From the NCBI GenBank assembly GCA_014729085.1, contig WJKM01000004.1:4345-68344 (forward strand): a stretch of DNA of 64,000 nucleotides. Reading direction: 5' to 3'. Below, piece by piece: positions 10,201-17,545 of this stretch; position 1 is the stretch's first letter, and each line of letters starts with the position of its first letter. This DNA is from Candidatus Dojkabacteria bacterium. GTDB taxonomy: Bacteria; Patescibacteriota; Dojkabacteria; B142; WJKM01. The notes beneath the pieces were generated by a model. It saw nothing but the letters and a program-made list of their open reading frames with translations, was not told the DNA's origin and searched no databases. The position numbers and the translations under genes are program-made.

Positions 10201-10605
10201 CGAAAGATGGTTATTGTAGTTGACAAAACATTAGAAAATTGGAAAGTTCTAAATATAGTTGGGCATGTATCTGCTTATCTAGGACATCAGATGGATGAAA
10301 AATTCAGTTCCGGCCCTGCATATAGAACAAAAGACGGAGTAAGATATGATAGAAGTTGCCAATATCCAATAATTGTTTTGCAAACTGATTCATCTAAATT
10401 GTTAGACCTCAAGGATCAGTCTGAATTATCAGATATCCTCTCTTTTTCTTTTACTAAACAACATCTAGAAATTGAGAAGGATGAAGATGTTGATGCATCC
10501 ATTTCAAATCTTGAAGAAAAAGAAATTGAGCTTTATGGTGTGGGTTTAGTAGGGGAAAAAGAAAAGTTAGACAAACTTACAAATAATTTTAAACTATGGA
10601 AGTAA
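7282..10605 (+). CDS. lysS: Class II lysyl-tRNA synthetase fused to HD, B3/4 and DUF2000-like domains
   Basis: OB-fold N-terminus, motif 2 FRNEGIDRSHNPEF, motif 3 GMPPTTGLGPGIERL. Then WYITGLLHDLDY (HD), SAEALLRR..VNNVVDTYN..AYDLDKI (B3/4) and KMVIVVD..NIVGH..YGVGLVGEKEKLDKLT (DUF2000-like). Confidence 0.93.
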   Translation: MGKTKSTLAQIRQFRIDKANALREKGIEPYPTKASRTNYSDEIKKNYSDFKDKKVTLAGRLMSWREHGHIIFGDIQDQKGVIQLYIKEDTLNATNKQKQSIGFEDLELLDIGDIIEATGIITKTKSGEISILAQQIKILTKAIRPLPEKWIGLTNKEKIFRKRYLDLIVNPEKKYRFEKSAQIVAAIRQFLNDKGFLEIKTPIIQPLYGGTNARPFKTYMNALSTDFYLAISHELYLKRLITAGFDNVYNIAGYFRNEGIDRSHNPEFQMIETMSAFHNYEYNMDLIEELYQFIGKNVFKKNIFKVSGQDVDFSKPWERIMMIDAVKKYADINFNKINDIDSAHNILAKIGYEEDKPNTIGECMVKVFEEKVEEQLIQPTFITGHPVEISPLAKQMPSDSRFVERFEIFIGGIEGGDNWTELNDPVELYERLKEQVERGRGGDDEFHPMDVDFIECMEYGMPPTTGLGPGIERLQMMYLETEYIDDVIFFPIQRPAPPTELQKELYGAEYLESKEKELKIQSIEQKDLDKLPSKIDALDLLHKYVDDDYQVLHAKMVAAAMQDYAEDLGANPHLWYITGLLHDLDYAKYPDKHPYQELEWFKEWKYPDQFIHAVAAHDHLTTGEEPETLLAAVLLAVDELSGILYAYSKMRDKNFSGMKAKSAIKKLEDKNFAAKISRDEIKHGIKLSKLDLEPHIKNMITTFDNMKEFGGDKDYTDKVETKVHSLLTKKLKLAEITSEVKEKFPGIKFGYIVLEDVKVDKKDKNLDKLKKEIISKLESQYTDKSEIKENDRIEGFRKIYKNSGVDPNSRLNSAEALLRRIVSGNGIYNVNNVVDTYNITSAELGIPMAAYDLDKIEGRLSLRFANKGESIIRIGEEKPKLIEKGELVYADNKGITCMDFNYRDADRTKITKETNKIIVFIDGHQTISQKEILSSLNLLGQRLETYTEGKVIGYGTSWEEDKVLNEEIKQDMSRKMVIVVDKTLENWKVLNIVGHVSAYLGHQMDEKFSSGPAYRTKDGVRYDRSCQYPIIVLQTDSSKLLDLKDQSELSDILSFSFTKQHLEIEKDEDVDASISNLEEKEIELYGVGLVGEKEKLDKLTNNFKLWK

Positions 10606-10684
10606 TTTCTAATTTTGATTTAAAAATCAATAGGTATATAATCTAATCATATTTTGATTTTAAAATTTAAATAATTAAATTCCT

Positions 10685-11077
10685 ATGAAAACCTTAGTTC
10701 TTCCAAAGAAACTAAAAATTTCAAAAAGAAATCTTCTTTTTGAACTTATAGCGGGATTCATTATTTATTCCTGCATTATGCCCTTAATTATCTTTGATAT
10801 TTGGGCATCTATATATCAATGGATATACTTCGGTCTTAAAGGAATACCAAAAATCTCTAAAAATGATTTTATAGTAATTGACAGGCATCAACTGAAAAAA
10901 TTAAACATTTTTCAAAAAGTCAACTGTATATACTGTGGTTACGCAAATGGTTTAATCGCATGGATAAAAGCAATAATCAACCAAACGGAACTTTACAGCT
11001 GTGCTATTAAACATAAATCTCCATCCATTGGTCAGGAACATCAAAAACATTTCTATGATTTTGATGACTTTGTATAA
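10685..11077 (+). CDS. Conserved hypothetical membrane protein with CxYCGYANG motif
   Basis: One TM helix plus KVNCIYCGYANGL..YSCAIKH. Confidence 0.75.
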   Translation: MKTLVLPKKLKISKRNLLFELIAGFIIYSCIMPLIIFDIWASIYQWIYFGLKGIPKISKNDFIVIDRHQLKKLNIFQKVNCIYCGYANGLIAWIKAIINQTELYSCAIKHKSPSIGQEHQKHFYDFDDFV

Positions 11078-11100
11078 ATTAAAATCTTAAAGCAATCAAT

Positions 11101-11643
11101 ATGCCATTACCAACTCGAGCTGAAGCTCAAAAACTCCTTGAAGAATACGTCACAGAGCCTTATCAACTATTACATGCCAAAATGAATGCTTTAGCGTTAG
11201 AAGCTTATGCAGAAAAATTTGGTGAAGATAAAGATTTATGGTATATCACAGGCTTATTACATGATCTGGATTACGACAAATTTCCGGATGAACATCCCGA
11301 TAGAGAACTTGCCTGGTTTAAAGAATGGGATTATCCAAAAGAATTAATTCATGCAGTTGACGCTCATGCATTCGGATACAAGGATTATATGACCGAACCA
11401 CAAACTAAACTTGCCAAAACATTGCTTGCAACCGATGAACTCTGTGGAATTATACACGCATATTCCTTAATGAGACCAACTGGTTATGAAGGTATGAAGG
11501 CAAGCAAAGCAAAGAAAAAATTTAAAGACAAAAGCTTTGCAGCTAAAGTTGATCGAGATGTTATAAAAAAGGGTGTAGATGCGATGGAAATTGACCTAAC
11601 TGAACATCTAGCTTTTTTGATTGGAGTCTTTCAAGATTTATAG
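11101..11643 (+). CDS. HD/HDIG-superfamily hydrolase (COG2316-like), paralog of the LysRS HD module
   Basis: LHAKM..WYITGLLHDLDY..H..IHAVDAH..DEL.G..KKKFKDKSFAAKV. Confidence 0.9.
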   Translation: MPLPTRAEAQKLLEEYVTEPYQLLHAKMNALALEAYAEKFGEDKDLWYITGLLHDLDYDKFPDEHPDRELAWFKEWDYPKELIHAVDAHAFGYKDYMTEPQTKLAKTLLATDELCGIIHAYSLMRPTGYEGMKASKAKKKFKDKSFAAKVDRDVIKKGVDAMEIDLTEHLAFLIGVFQDL

Positions 11644-11660
11644 ATTTTAAATTTGTCAAC

Positions 11661-12614
11661 TTGACTTCAAATACTATAAAAAAAATAAGTATTATTGTTC
11701 CTGTATACAATGAAGAGGAAGTGATAAATAAATTTTTTCAGAGAACTAGAAAGATCCTGGAAAAAATAAAATATAAATGGGAATTAATCTTTGTAAACGA
11801 TGGAAGCACTGATTCGACTTTACCTCTCCTGATTAAACTAGCTGAACAGAATTTAGATATTAAAATTATTAATTTTTCAAAAAACTTTGGCCATCAGCAA
11901 GCAGTTACAGCTGGATTTGACTATGCGAATGGTGATGCAGTTATTTCAATAGATGCAGATTTACAAGATCCTCCTGAACTTATCCCCAAGCTGATTGCAA
12001 AATGGGAAAAAGGAAATGAAGTGGTACACGCAAAACGTAAATCCAGGAAAGATGGCATATTAAAAATTTTAACTGCCACAATTTTTTATAAATTTTTGAA
12101 TCTTTTACTTCAAACCAAAATACCAGAAAATGTAGGTGATTATAGATTGTTGGATCGAAAGGTTATTCATGTATTTAAAAAACTGCCTGAAAAAAACCGG
12201 TATCTTAGAGGTCTTTCCTCTTGGGTTGGTTTTAAACAAACTTTTGTTAAATTTCATCGAGATAAAAGACATGCAGGGAAAACAAAATATTCTCTTGCAA
12301 AAATGCTTAAATTGGCTTCAAACGCAGTTTTTTCATTTTCAAGATTTCCTATTAGATTGGCAAGATACTTGACTGTCATATTTGGTCTATCTTCTTGTGG
12401 AATTTTTATATATGTTTTGTATTCCTGGATACAAGATAATGTTGTACCCGGATGGGCGTCTCAAATTTTAATCATGCTAATTTTTACTTCAATCAATTTG
12501 GTAATACTAAGCATAATTTCCGAATATGTAAGTAGAATTTATAATCAGGTTCAAGGCAGGCCAATTTATATAATCTCAGACACATACAATATAAATAAAT
12601 CGAAACATGAATAA
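11661..12614 (+). CDS. Polyprenol-phosphate glycosyltransferase (GT2, GtrB/DPM-like)
   Basis: IVPVYNEE, VNDGSTD, KNFGHQ, IDADLQDPPE, two C-terminal TM helices and RPIY. Confidence 0.9.
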   Translation: MTSNTIKKISIIVPVYNEEEVINKFFQRTRKILEKIKYKWELIFVNDGSTDSTLPLLIKLAEQNLDIKIINFSKNFGHQQAVTAGFDYANGDAVISIDADLQDPPELIPKLIAKWEKGNEVVHAKRKSRKDGILKILTATIFYKFLNLLLQTKIPENVGDYRLLDRKVIHVFKKLPEKNRYLRGLSSWVGFKQTFVKFHRDKRHAGKTKYSLAKMLKLASNAVFSFSRFPIRLARYLTVIFGLSSCGIFIYVLYSWIQDNVVPGWASQILIMLIFTSINLVILSIISEYVSRIYNQVQGRPIYIISDTYNINKSKHE

Positions 12615-12822
12615 ATCTAAGTCCAATTCGGATAAAATTAATAAAAGAGAAAAAATCCGTATCCTTGCAACATGTTCTGGTTGTTTAATATTTATATGTT
12701 TTATTTGTTTATTAATAAGTTATATAATTGTTAACAACCAAAGTTTCAAAAAGGGGTATTGTGACGAATGGGAAATTCAAGGAGCTGAACCTGAATTAGA
12801 TCCATTAAATCTATGTAACTGA
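12607..12822 (+). CDS. Small Cys-containing membrane protein
   Basis: 71 aa with one TM helix; overlaps the upstream stop. Confidence 0.55.
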   Translation: MNKSKSNSDKINKREKIRILATCSGCLIFICFICLLISYIIVNNQSFKKGYCDEWEIQGAEPELDPLNLCN

Positions 12823-12845
12823 TCTTATTTCTTAAAATTTATAAT

Positions 12846-13184
12846 ATGGAAGAAAATAAAAAGAAGAAAAAAGGACCTTTATTTTGGATTGCATCAACTA
12901 GTTTATTTTGGCTGATTTTCATATCCTTAATTACTTTAATTCTATTTGTGTTACTTGCCTCTAATAGAAATATACAAATTATGGCTCTCGAAAAAATTCA
13001 AAACCAAATGGGGCTAGAAACTGATTCTCCCTTGCTAAAATCAGAAAGGGAAGAATCTTTAGAGCAGGAATTGGAAGAAGCTAAAGAGGACCTAAAAGAA
13101 GTTGAAATTGAATTAAAAGTGGAAAAAGAAATTAGACAAGAACTCCTTAAAAATTGCAAGTCAAATTCAGGAGATTCTCTTTAA
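12846..13184 (+). CDS. Hypothetical protein (TM helix plus coiled coil)
   Basis: 112 aa; basic N-terminus, TM helix, Glu/Lys-rich helix. Confidence 0.65.
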   Translation: MEENKKKKKGPLFWIASTSLFWLIFISLITLILFVLLASNRNIQIMALEKIQNQMGLETDSPLLKSEREESLEQELEEAKEDLKEVEIELKVEKEIRQELLKNCKSNSGDSL

Positions 13185-13248
13185 TACATAATTGAAAAAA
13201 TTCTAAGGTTTATATTATAATTACCTTTATTTAGTATACTATAGCGTA

Positions 13249-13527
13249 ATGGAAGAAACATTTATGTTGAAAGATGTACGTGAAGTTCCATTATGGGATC
13301 GATACTGGAATGGACATTTTACGCATATAACTCATTATACTACTCTGGAAATACCTCCTAACTTACAACCCGTAATTAGGGAATCTTCTATACCATTACC
13401 ATTATATGATAGAGCCGAAGACTTAGCTAATGGTATATGGACAATAAATATCCCTTTGAGTGCTTTTAGCAATGATAAACAATTCTTTTTGGCACAGATA
13501 CACCCAAATCTTACTAGAATTAATTAA
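13249..13527 (+). CDS. Hypothetical protein
   Basis: 92-aa ORF filling an intergenic gap, with TATAAT upstream. Confidence 0.5.
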   Translation: MEETFMLKDVREVPLWDRYWNGHFTHITHYTTLEIPPNLQPVIRESSIPLPLYDRAEDLANGIWTINIPLSAFSNDKQFFLAQIHPNLTRIN

Positions 13528-14153
13528 TTATCAACTCTCCTCCATTTTCTTAAGGCTTTTTCCCAAACCTGAAGCCCTTTAAACTGCTGCTTATATTTCT
13601 GGTCTGATCCAAGATACATATAATTTTTTTCATTTTCTTTTGCCCATAAAATTGCTTTAAGCATCATACCCATGCCTAAATTATTTGTATCTATATCCAA
13701 ACGATAGAACGGATAACAATAGTGTACTATAAGATTAGTTTGAAGACATATTGCGTATCCTAGTTTTTCTTTATTCAGATTCTCTTTTGAATAACTAAAC
13801 AATAGATTATAATTATGTTCGTTTGTTAATAATTCTTTTATTTTATTAGCACTAAATGTATTATCTCCAAACTTTGTAGTATAAAAATTCTTTCCCATTT
13901 TATGGATTCTCCAGTCATAATCTTGTTTGCTTATTGGAAGCTTAATAGAGTTTAATTTCAAACCATCTACTTTCCTTAGAATTCTTCGATTTTCACTTGT
14001 AAGTTTGAATTGTTTCAAATCAATTCTCAAACTTTTTATTTGATTCATCGTACCTCTTGCAATTCTTGTCATAACAAATCCTCTCGAATACATATTTTCT
14101 ATTTTTTTGTCAGTAAAATTACTTATATTTTTGGTTTGATACTTAAAATACAC
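13524..14153 (-). CDS. Aminoacyl-tRNA--protein transferase-like (ATE/Bpt family, GNAT fold)
   Basis: MYSRGF..SLRIDLKQFKLTSENRRILRK (ATE_N-like) and HYCYPFY..LGMGMMLKAILWAKE..YMYLG..YK (ATE_C-like). Confidence 0.75.
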   Translation of the reverse strand: MYFKYQTKNISNFTDKKIENMYSRGFVMTRIARGTMNQIKSLRIDLKQFKLTSENRRILRKVDGLKLNSIKLPISKQDYDWRIHKMGKNFYTTKFGDNTFSANKIKELLTNEHNYNLLFSYSKENLNKEKLGYAICLQTNLIVHYCYPFYRLDIDTNNLGMGMMLKAILWAKENEKNYMYLGSDQKYKQQFKGLQVWEKALRKWRRVDN

Positions 14154-14180
14154 TGGTTTAAAAAAATGAACTTAATTTAC

Positions 14181-14402
14181 TTATTCAATTATAACGGTTT
14201 TTATTCTGGATTTCTGGCCAGATTTAATTTGAATTGATGATTTGGACACTCTAAGATGCTCTGAAAGAAAATTAACAAGCTCAATATTCGCTTTATTATT
14301 CTCCGGAGCTGCTGCTAAATCAATATGTAAATCAATATCTTCCCTGCCTTTAACATTTCTGATTTTAGTTTTTGGTTTGTTTGGGTAGACTTTTATCCTC
14401 AT
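14181..14402 (-). CDS. DUF167 / YggU family protein
   Basis: IKVYP..AAPENNKANIELVNFL..I.SGQKSRIK. Confidence 0.88.
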   Translation of the reverse strand: MRIKVYPNKPKTKIRNVKGREDIDLHIDLAAAPENNKANIELVNFLSEHLRVSKSSIQIKSGQKSRIKTVIIE

Positions 14403-14403
14403 T

Positions 14404-16983
14404 TTAATTATCTGCTTGATATTTATCTAATAATTTTTGTTTCTCTATTGCTTCAGCAAGCATCTGCATATAAAGTGCAAGTCCTACGTTTTGTATATTA
14501 CCGTGCTGTTGCTTACCAAGTAAATTTCCTGCACCACGTATTTCTAAATCTCTGGAAGCTAATTTAAACCCAGATCCCAGTTCTTGATTTTCAACTATTG
14601 CTCTAAGTCTCTCTTTATATTTCTGATTCTTTCTTTTCCTTTGAATCGCCTCAATTTCTTCATCATCTAGATCAACCTGGGTTTCGACAGACGACGAACT
14701 TAACTCATCTCCTTTATAGTAAATATAACAATAAGCCTGCTTTTCAGACCTTCCGACCCGTCCTCTAAGTTGATAAAGTTGTCCTAAACCAAAATTCTGG
14801 CCATTGTTTATAATTATTGTATTAACATTAGGCATATCTATACCATTTTCTATTATGGTAGTACATATCAAAACATCATATTTTTTATCATAAAACATGG
14901 AAATAGCCTCATCTAATTTTCTCGAACTCATCTGGCCATGCCCAACAATAAATCTAATATCAGGTAACAACTTTTGCAATCGAGCTCTAATAGATTCTAT
15001 AGTTTCGACTCGATTATGAATAAAATAAACTTGCCCACCGCGTTTTAATTCATTCTCTATTTGAAAAACAATTTTTGTCCAATCAAGTTTAGCAACTTCA
15101 GTTTTAATTGATCTGCGATCGTCAGGAGGGGTTGCAATAATTGAAATATCCTTTATTTGAGATAATGCCATACTTAAAGTCCTCGGAATTGGAGTTGCTG
15201 TCATAGCAAGTGAATGAGCTGTATATTGAAGTTTTTTTATTTTTTCTTTTTGCTTTACTCCAAATTTTTGTTCTTCATCGATTACAATGAGTCCTAGATT
15301 TTTAAATTCAACATCATTGGATAAGAGTCTATGTGTACCAACTAATATATCCAGACTTCCTTTTTTAGCTTCTTTTATTATAGTTTTATTAACACTTGGT
15401 GTATGAAAACGGGATACATAATTTACATTGATCCCGAAATTCTCAAATCTTTCTTTAAAAACTTTAAAATGTTGAGCAGCAAGGACAGTTGTAGGGCAGA
15501 GTACAGCTACTTGTTTTCCGGTCTCAATAATTTTAAAAGCAGCTCTCATTGCAACTTCAGTCTTACCAAATCCTACATCTCCAACTATCAATCTGTCCAT
15601 TGGTTTTTCTGAACTCAAATCTTGTAATATGTCTTTTATTGTTGTTTTCTGATCTTCGGTTTCTTCATATGGAAAAGCCTGTACAAATGACTTATAAAAT
15701 TCTGTATGAATTTCATTAAGTTTTTCTGCTTTCGCCAATTGTACCTTAGCATAGTGCTGTACCAAATCTCGAGCAATTAATTCTATTGATTTTTTAGTTT
15801 TTTTAACAGTTCGTTTCCAATTACCTTTATGAAGCCTTGTGATATCGGGATCTTCTTCTGTAGTACCTATATATTTTGTTATCTTCTGAATTTGAGAAAT
15901 GGGAACAAGTAATTCATCTCCTTTGGCATACTGAATTAATAAGTAGTCATCTAATCTTTCGGTTTTAATAGTCTGAAAATCTACTGTTTTAGTTTCGATA
16001 ATCTTTTCCTGTTTAATACCTTTATATATTCCAATTCCATGATCTTCATGGACAACATAGTCATCAAGTTCTATTTCTCCTTCTAACTTTTCTAATATTT
16101 TTTGGGCTTGTTTTGTTGTTAAATCTTTTCTTTCCTTTTGTAAAAAAATTGTTCCAAAGAGCTCTCGATCAGTGAGTAAAATCATTTTTAACTTTTGAGA
16201 AGAAAAACCAGCTTGATATCCATTATCTTCAAGTTCTATTAGATATTTTCTTTGTTCAACAGGAATTTCATTTTTATGTCTTGTATGTATGAAAATCTTC
16301 CAATTATCGTCTTCAAGCTTTTTAAGATAATCATTTAATAAATCAAATCTTTTATAAAAAAGTTGAGGATAAGTAAAATCGAAATTAAATCTTGTGATAT
16401 AAAACCCTTGAATTATTTCTTCTTCATCAAATTGAATATGTGAAAATAAAAGTACCAAGTTTGGATTAAAATTTTCATTGCCGCTTATCTTGATTTCATA
16501 CCAATCTATTTTATCCGGAAGCTTAGCTATATCCCCAATTGCAACGCTGTTTATACGTTTAATTTTAGTATTATATACTTCATCATATATCTCGATATAT
16601 TCAATTTCATCTCCAAAATAAGATACTCTTATTGGATGTTCATATCCAATGGGCCAGAACGTAATACTGTCTCCTTTAGTTGAATATTCTGATACTGTCT
16701 CGACTTTACTAGTTTTTTCAAAGCCATTTTCTTGTAGTGTGAATTCGAGTCCAGCAAATGAATATGCTTCATCTTCTAAATTAAACATGGACAAGGAGTT
16801 AATGTATTTCTGAATATCAGAATTATTTCTCTTTGAATAAACGAAATTTTGTTTAATTGTATTGACTAATTCCTGAATAAAATTTTCCTGAAGATGGGGA
16901 AGTAACCCACTTACAAGAAATAGTGTAGGTTTATTATAAAATTTATTTTCAATTTCTAAACTTGTGAATATTTGCATGATCAA
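14404..16983 (-). CDS. mfd: Transcription-repair coupling factor, C-terminally short
   Basis: CarD/RID YVVHEDHGIG, GDVGFGKTEVAMRAAF, DEEQKFG, TATPIPRTL, QLRGRVGRS and DLEIRGAGNLLG. Confidence 0.93.
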   Translation of the reverse strand: MIMQIFTSLEIENKFYNKPTLFLVSGLLPHLQENFIQELVNTIKQNFVYSKRNNSDIQKYINSLSMFNLEDEAYSFAGLEFTLQENGFEKTSKVETVSEYSTKGDSITFWPIGYEHPIRVSYFGDEIEYIEIYDEVYNTKIKRINSVAIGDIAKLPDKIDWYEIKISGNENFNPNLVLLFSHIQFDEEEIIQGFYITRFNFDFTYPQLFYKRFDLLNDYLKKLEDDNWKIFIHTRHKNEIPVEQRKYLIELEDNGYQAGFSSQKLKMILLTDRELFGTIFLQKERKDLTTKQAQKILEKLEGEIELDDYVVHEDHGIGIYKGIKQEKIIETKTVDFQTIKTERLDDYLLIQYAKGDELLVPISQIQKITKYIGTTEEDPDITRLHKGNWKRTVKKTKKSIELIARDLVQHYAKVQLAKAEKLNEIHTEFYKSFVQAFPYEETEDQKTTIKDILQDLSSEKPMDRLIVGDVGFGKTEVAMRAAFKIIETGKQVAVLCPTTVLAAQHFKVFKERFENFGINVNYVSRFHTPSVNKTIIKEAKKGSLDILVGTHRLLSNDVEFKNLGLIVIDEEQKFGVKQKEKIKKLQYTAHSLAMTATPIPRTLSMALSQIKDISIIATPPDDRRSIKTEVAKLDWTKIVFQIENELKRGGQVYFIHNRVETIESIRARLQKLLPDIRFIVGHGQMSSRKLDEAISMFYDKKYDVLICTTIIENGIDMPNVNTIIINNGQNFGLGQLYQLRGRVGRSEKQAYCYIYYKGDELSSSSVETQVDLDDEEIEAIQRKRKNQKYKERLRAIVENQELGSGFKLASRDLEIRGAGNLLGKQQHGNIQNVGLALYMQMLAEAIEKQKLLDKYQADN

Positions 16984-17035
16984 AATAATACAGGGTTATT
17001 ATACATATTCAAGGGCATAAACTAAACTGAAAGTT

Positions 17036-17461
17036 TTATTGGGAAAGATGGGAGGTAACTTTTTTAAGTAATTCATCGAGGTCAATATTCGCTTTGATGA
17101 TATGGTCAACAACACCTAGTTCCTTGGGTGAAGAATAATTATTATATAATTCCTGTAATTCACTTATAGAATCCGGTTCATAATTCGTAGTAATTATTAC
17201 AATACCTTGCTCATCTCTAAAGGACTGCTCATTAAAGTTGGTGAGAAAAGCTACTCCATCCATAATGGGCATGAAGATGTCTAAAAGAATAACATCAAAA
17301 CGCATACTCGGAAGCTGGTTTAAAGCTTCTTCTCCATTTGAGGCTTTGTGTACTTCAAAGCCTGCATCGCTGAAAAGATCTTCGTAGATGTTTAGAATAA
17401 AAGGTTCGTCATCTACAATTAAGATTCTTTTTTTATCTCCAATGTTTGAATTATCCGCCAT
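17036..17461 (-). CDS. Stand-alone response regulator receiver domain
   Basis: ILIVDDE, LLDIFMPIMDG, conserved T and K. Confidence 0.9.
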   Translation of the reverse strand: MADNSNIGDKKRILIVDDEPFILNIYEDLFSDAGFEVHKASNGEEALNQLPSMRFDVILLDIFMPIMDGVAFLTNFNEQSFRDEQGIVIITTNYEPDSISELQELYNNYSSPKELGVVDHIIKANIDLDELLKKVTSHLSQ

Positions 17462-17545
17462 TATTCAAAGTTTAGTCAAATATAAACTAGGCAGATGAAG
17501 TCTTATATACATGATAGTACGTTGATACATATTTTTCAATCATTA

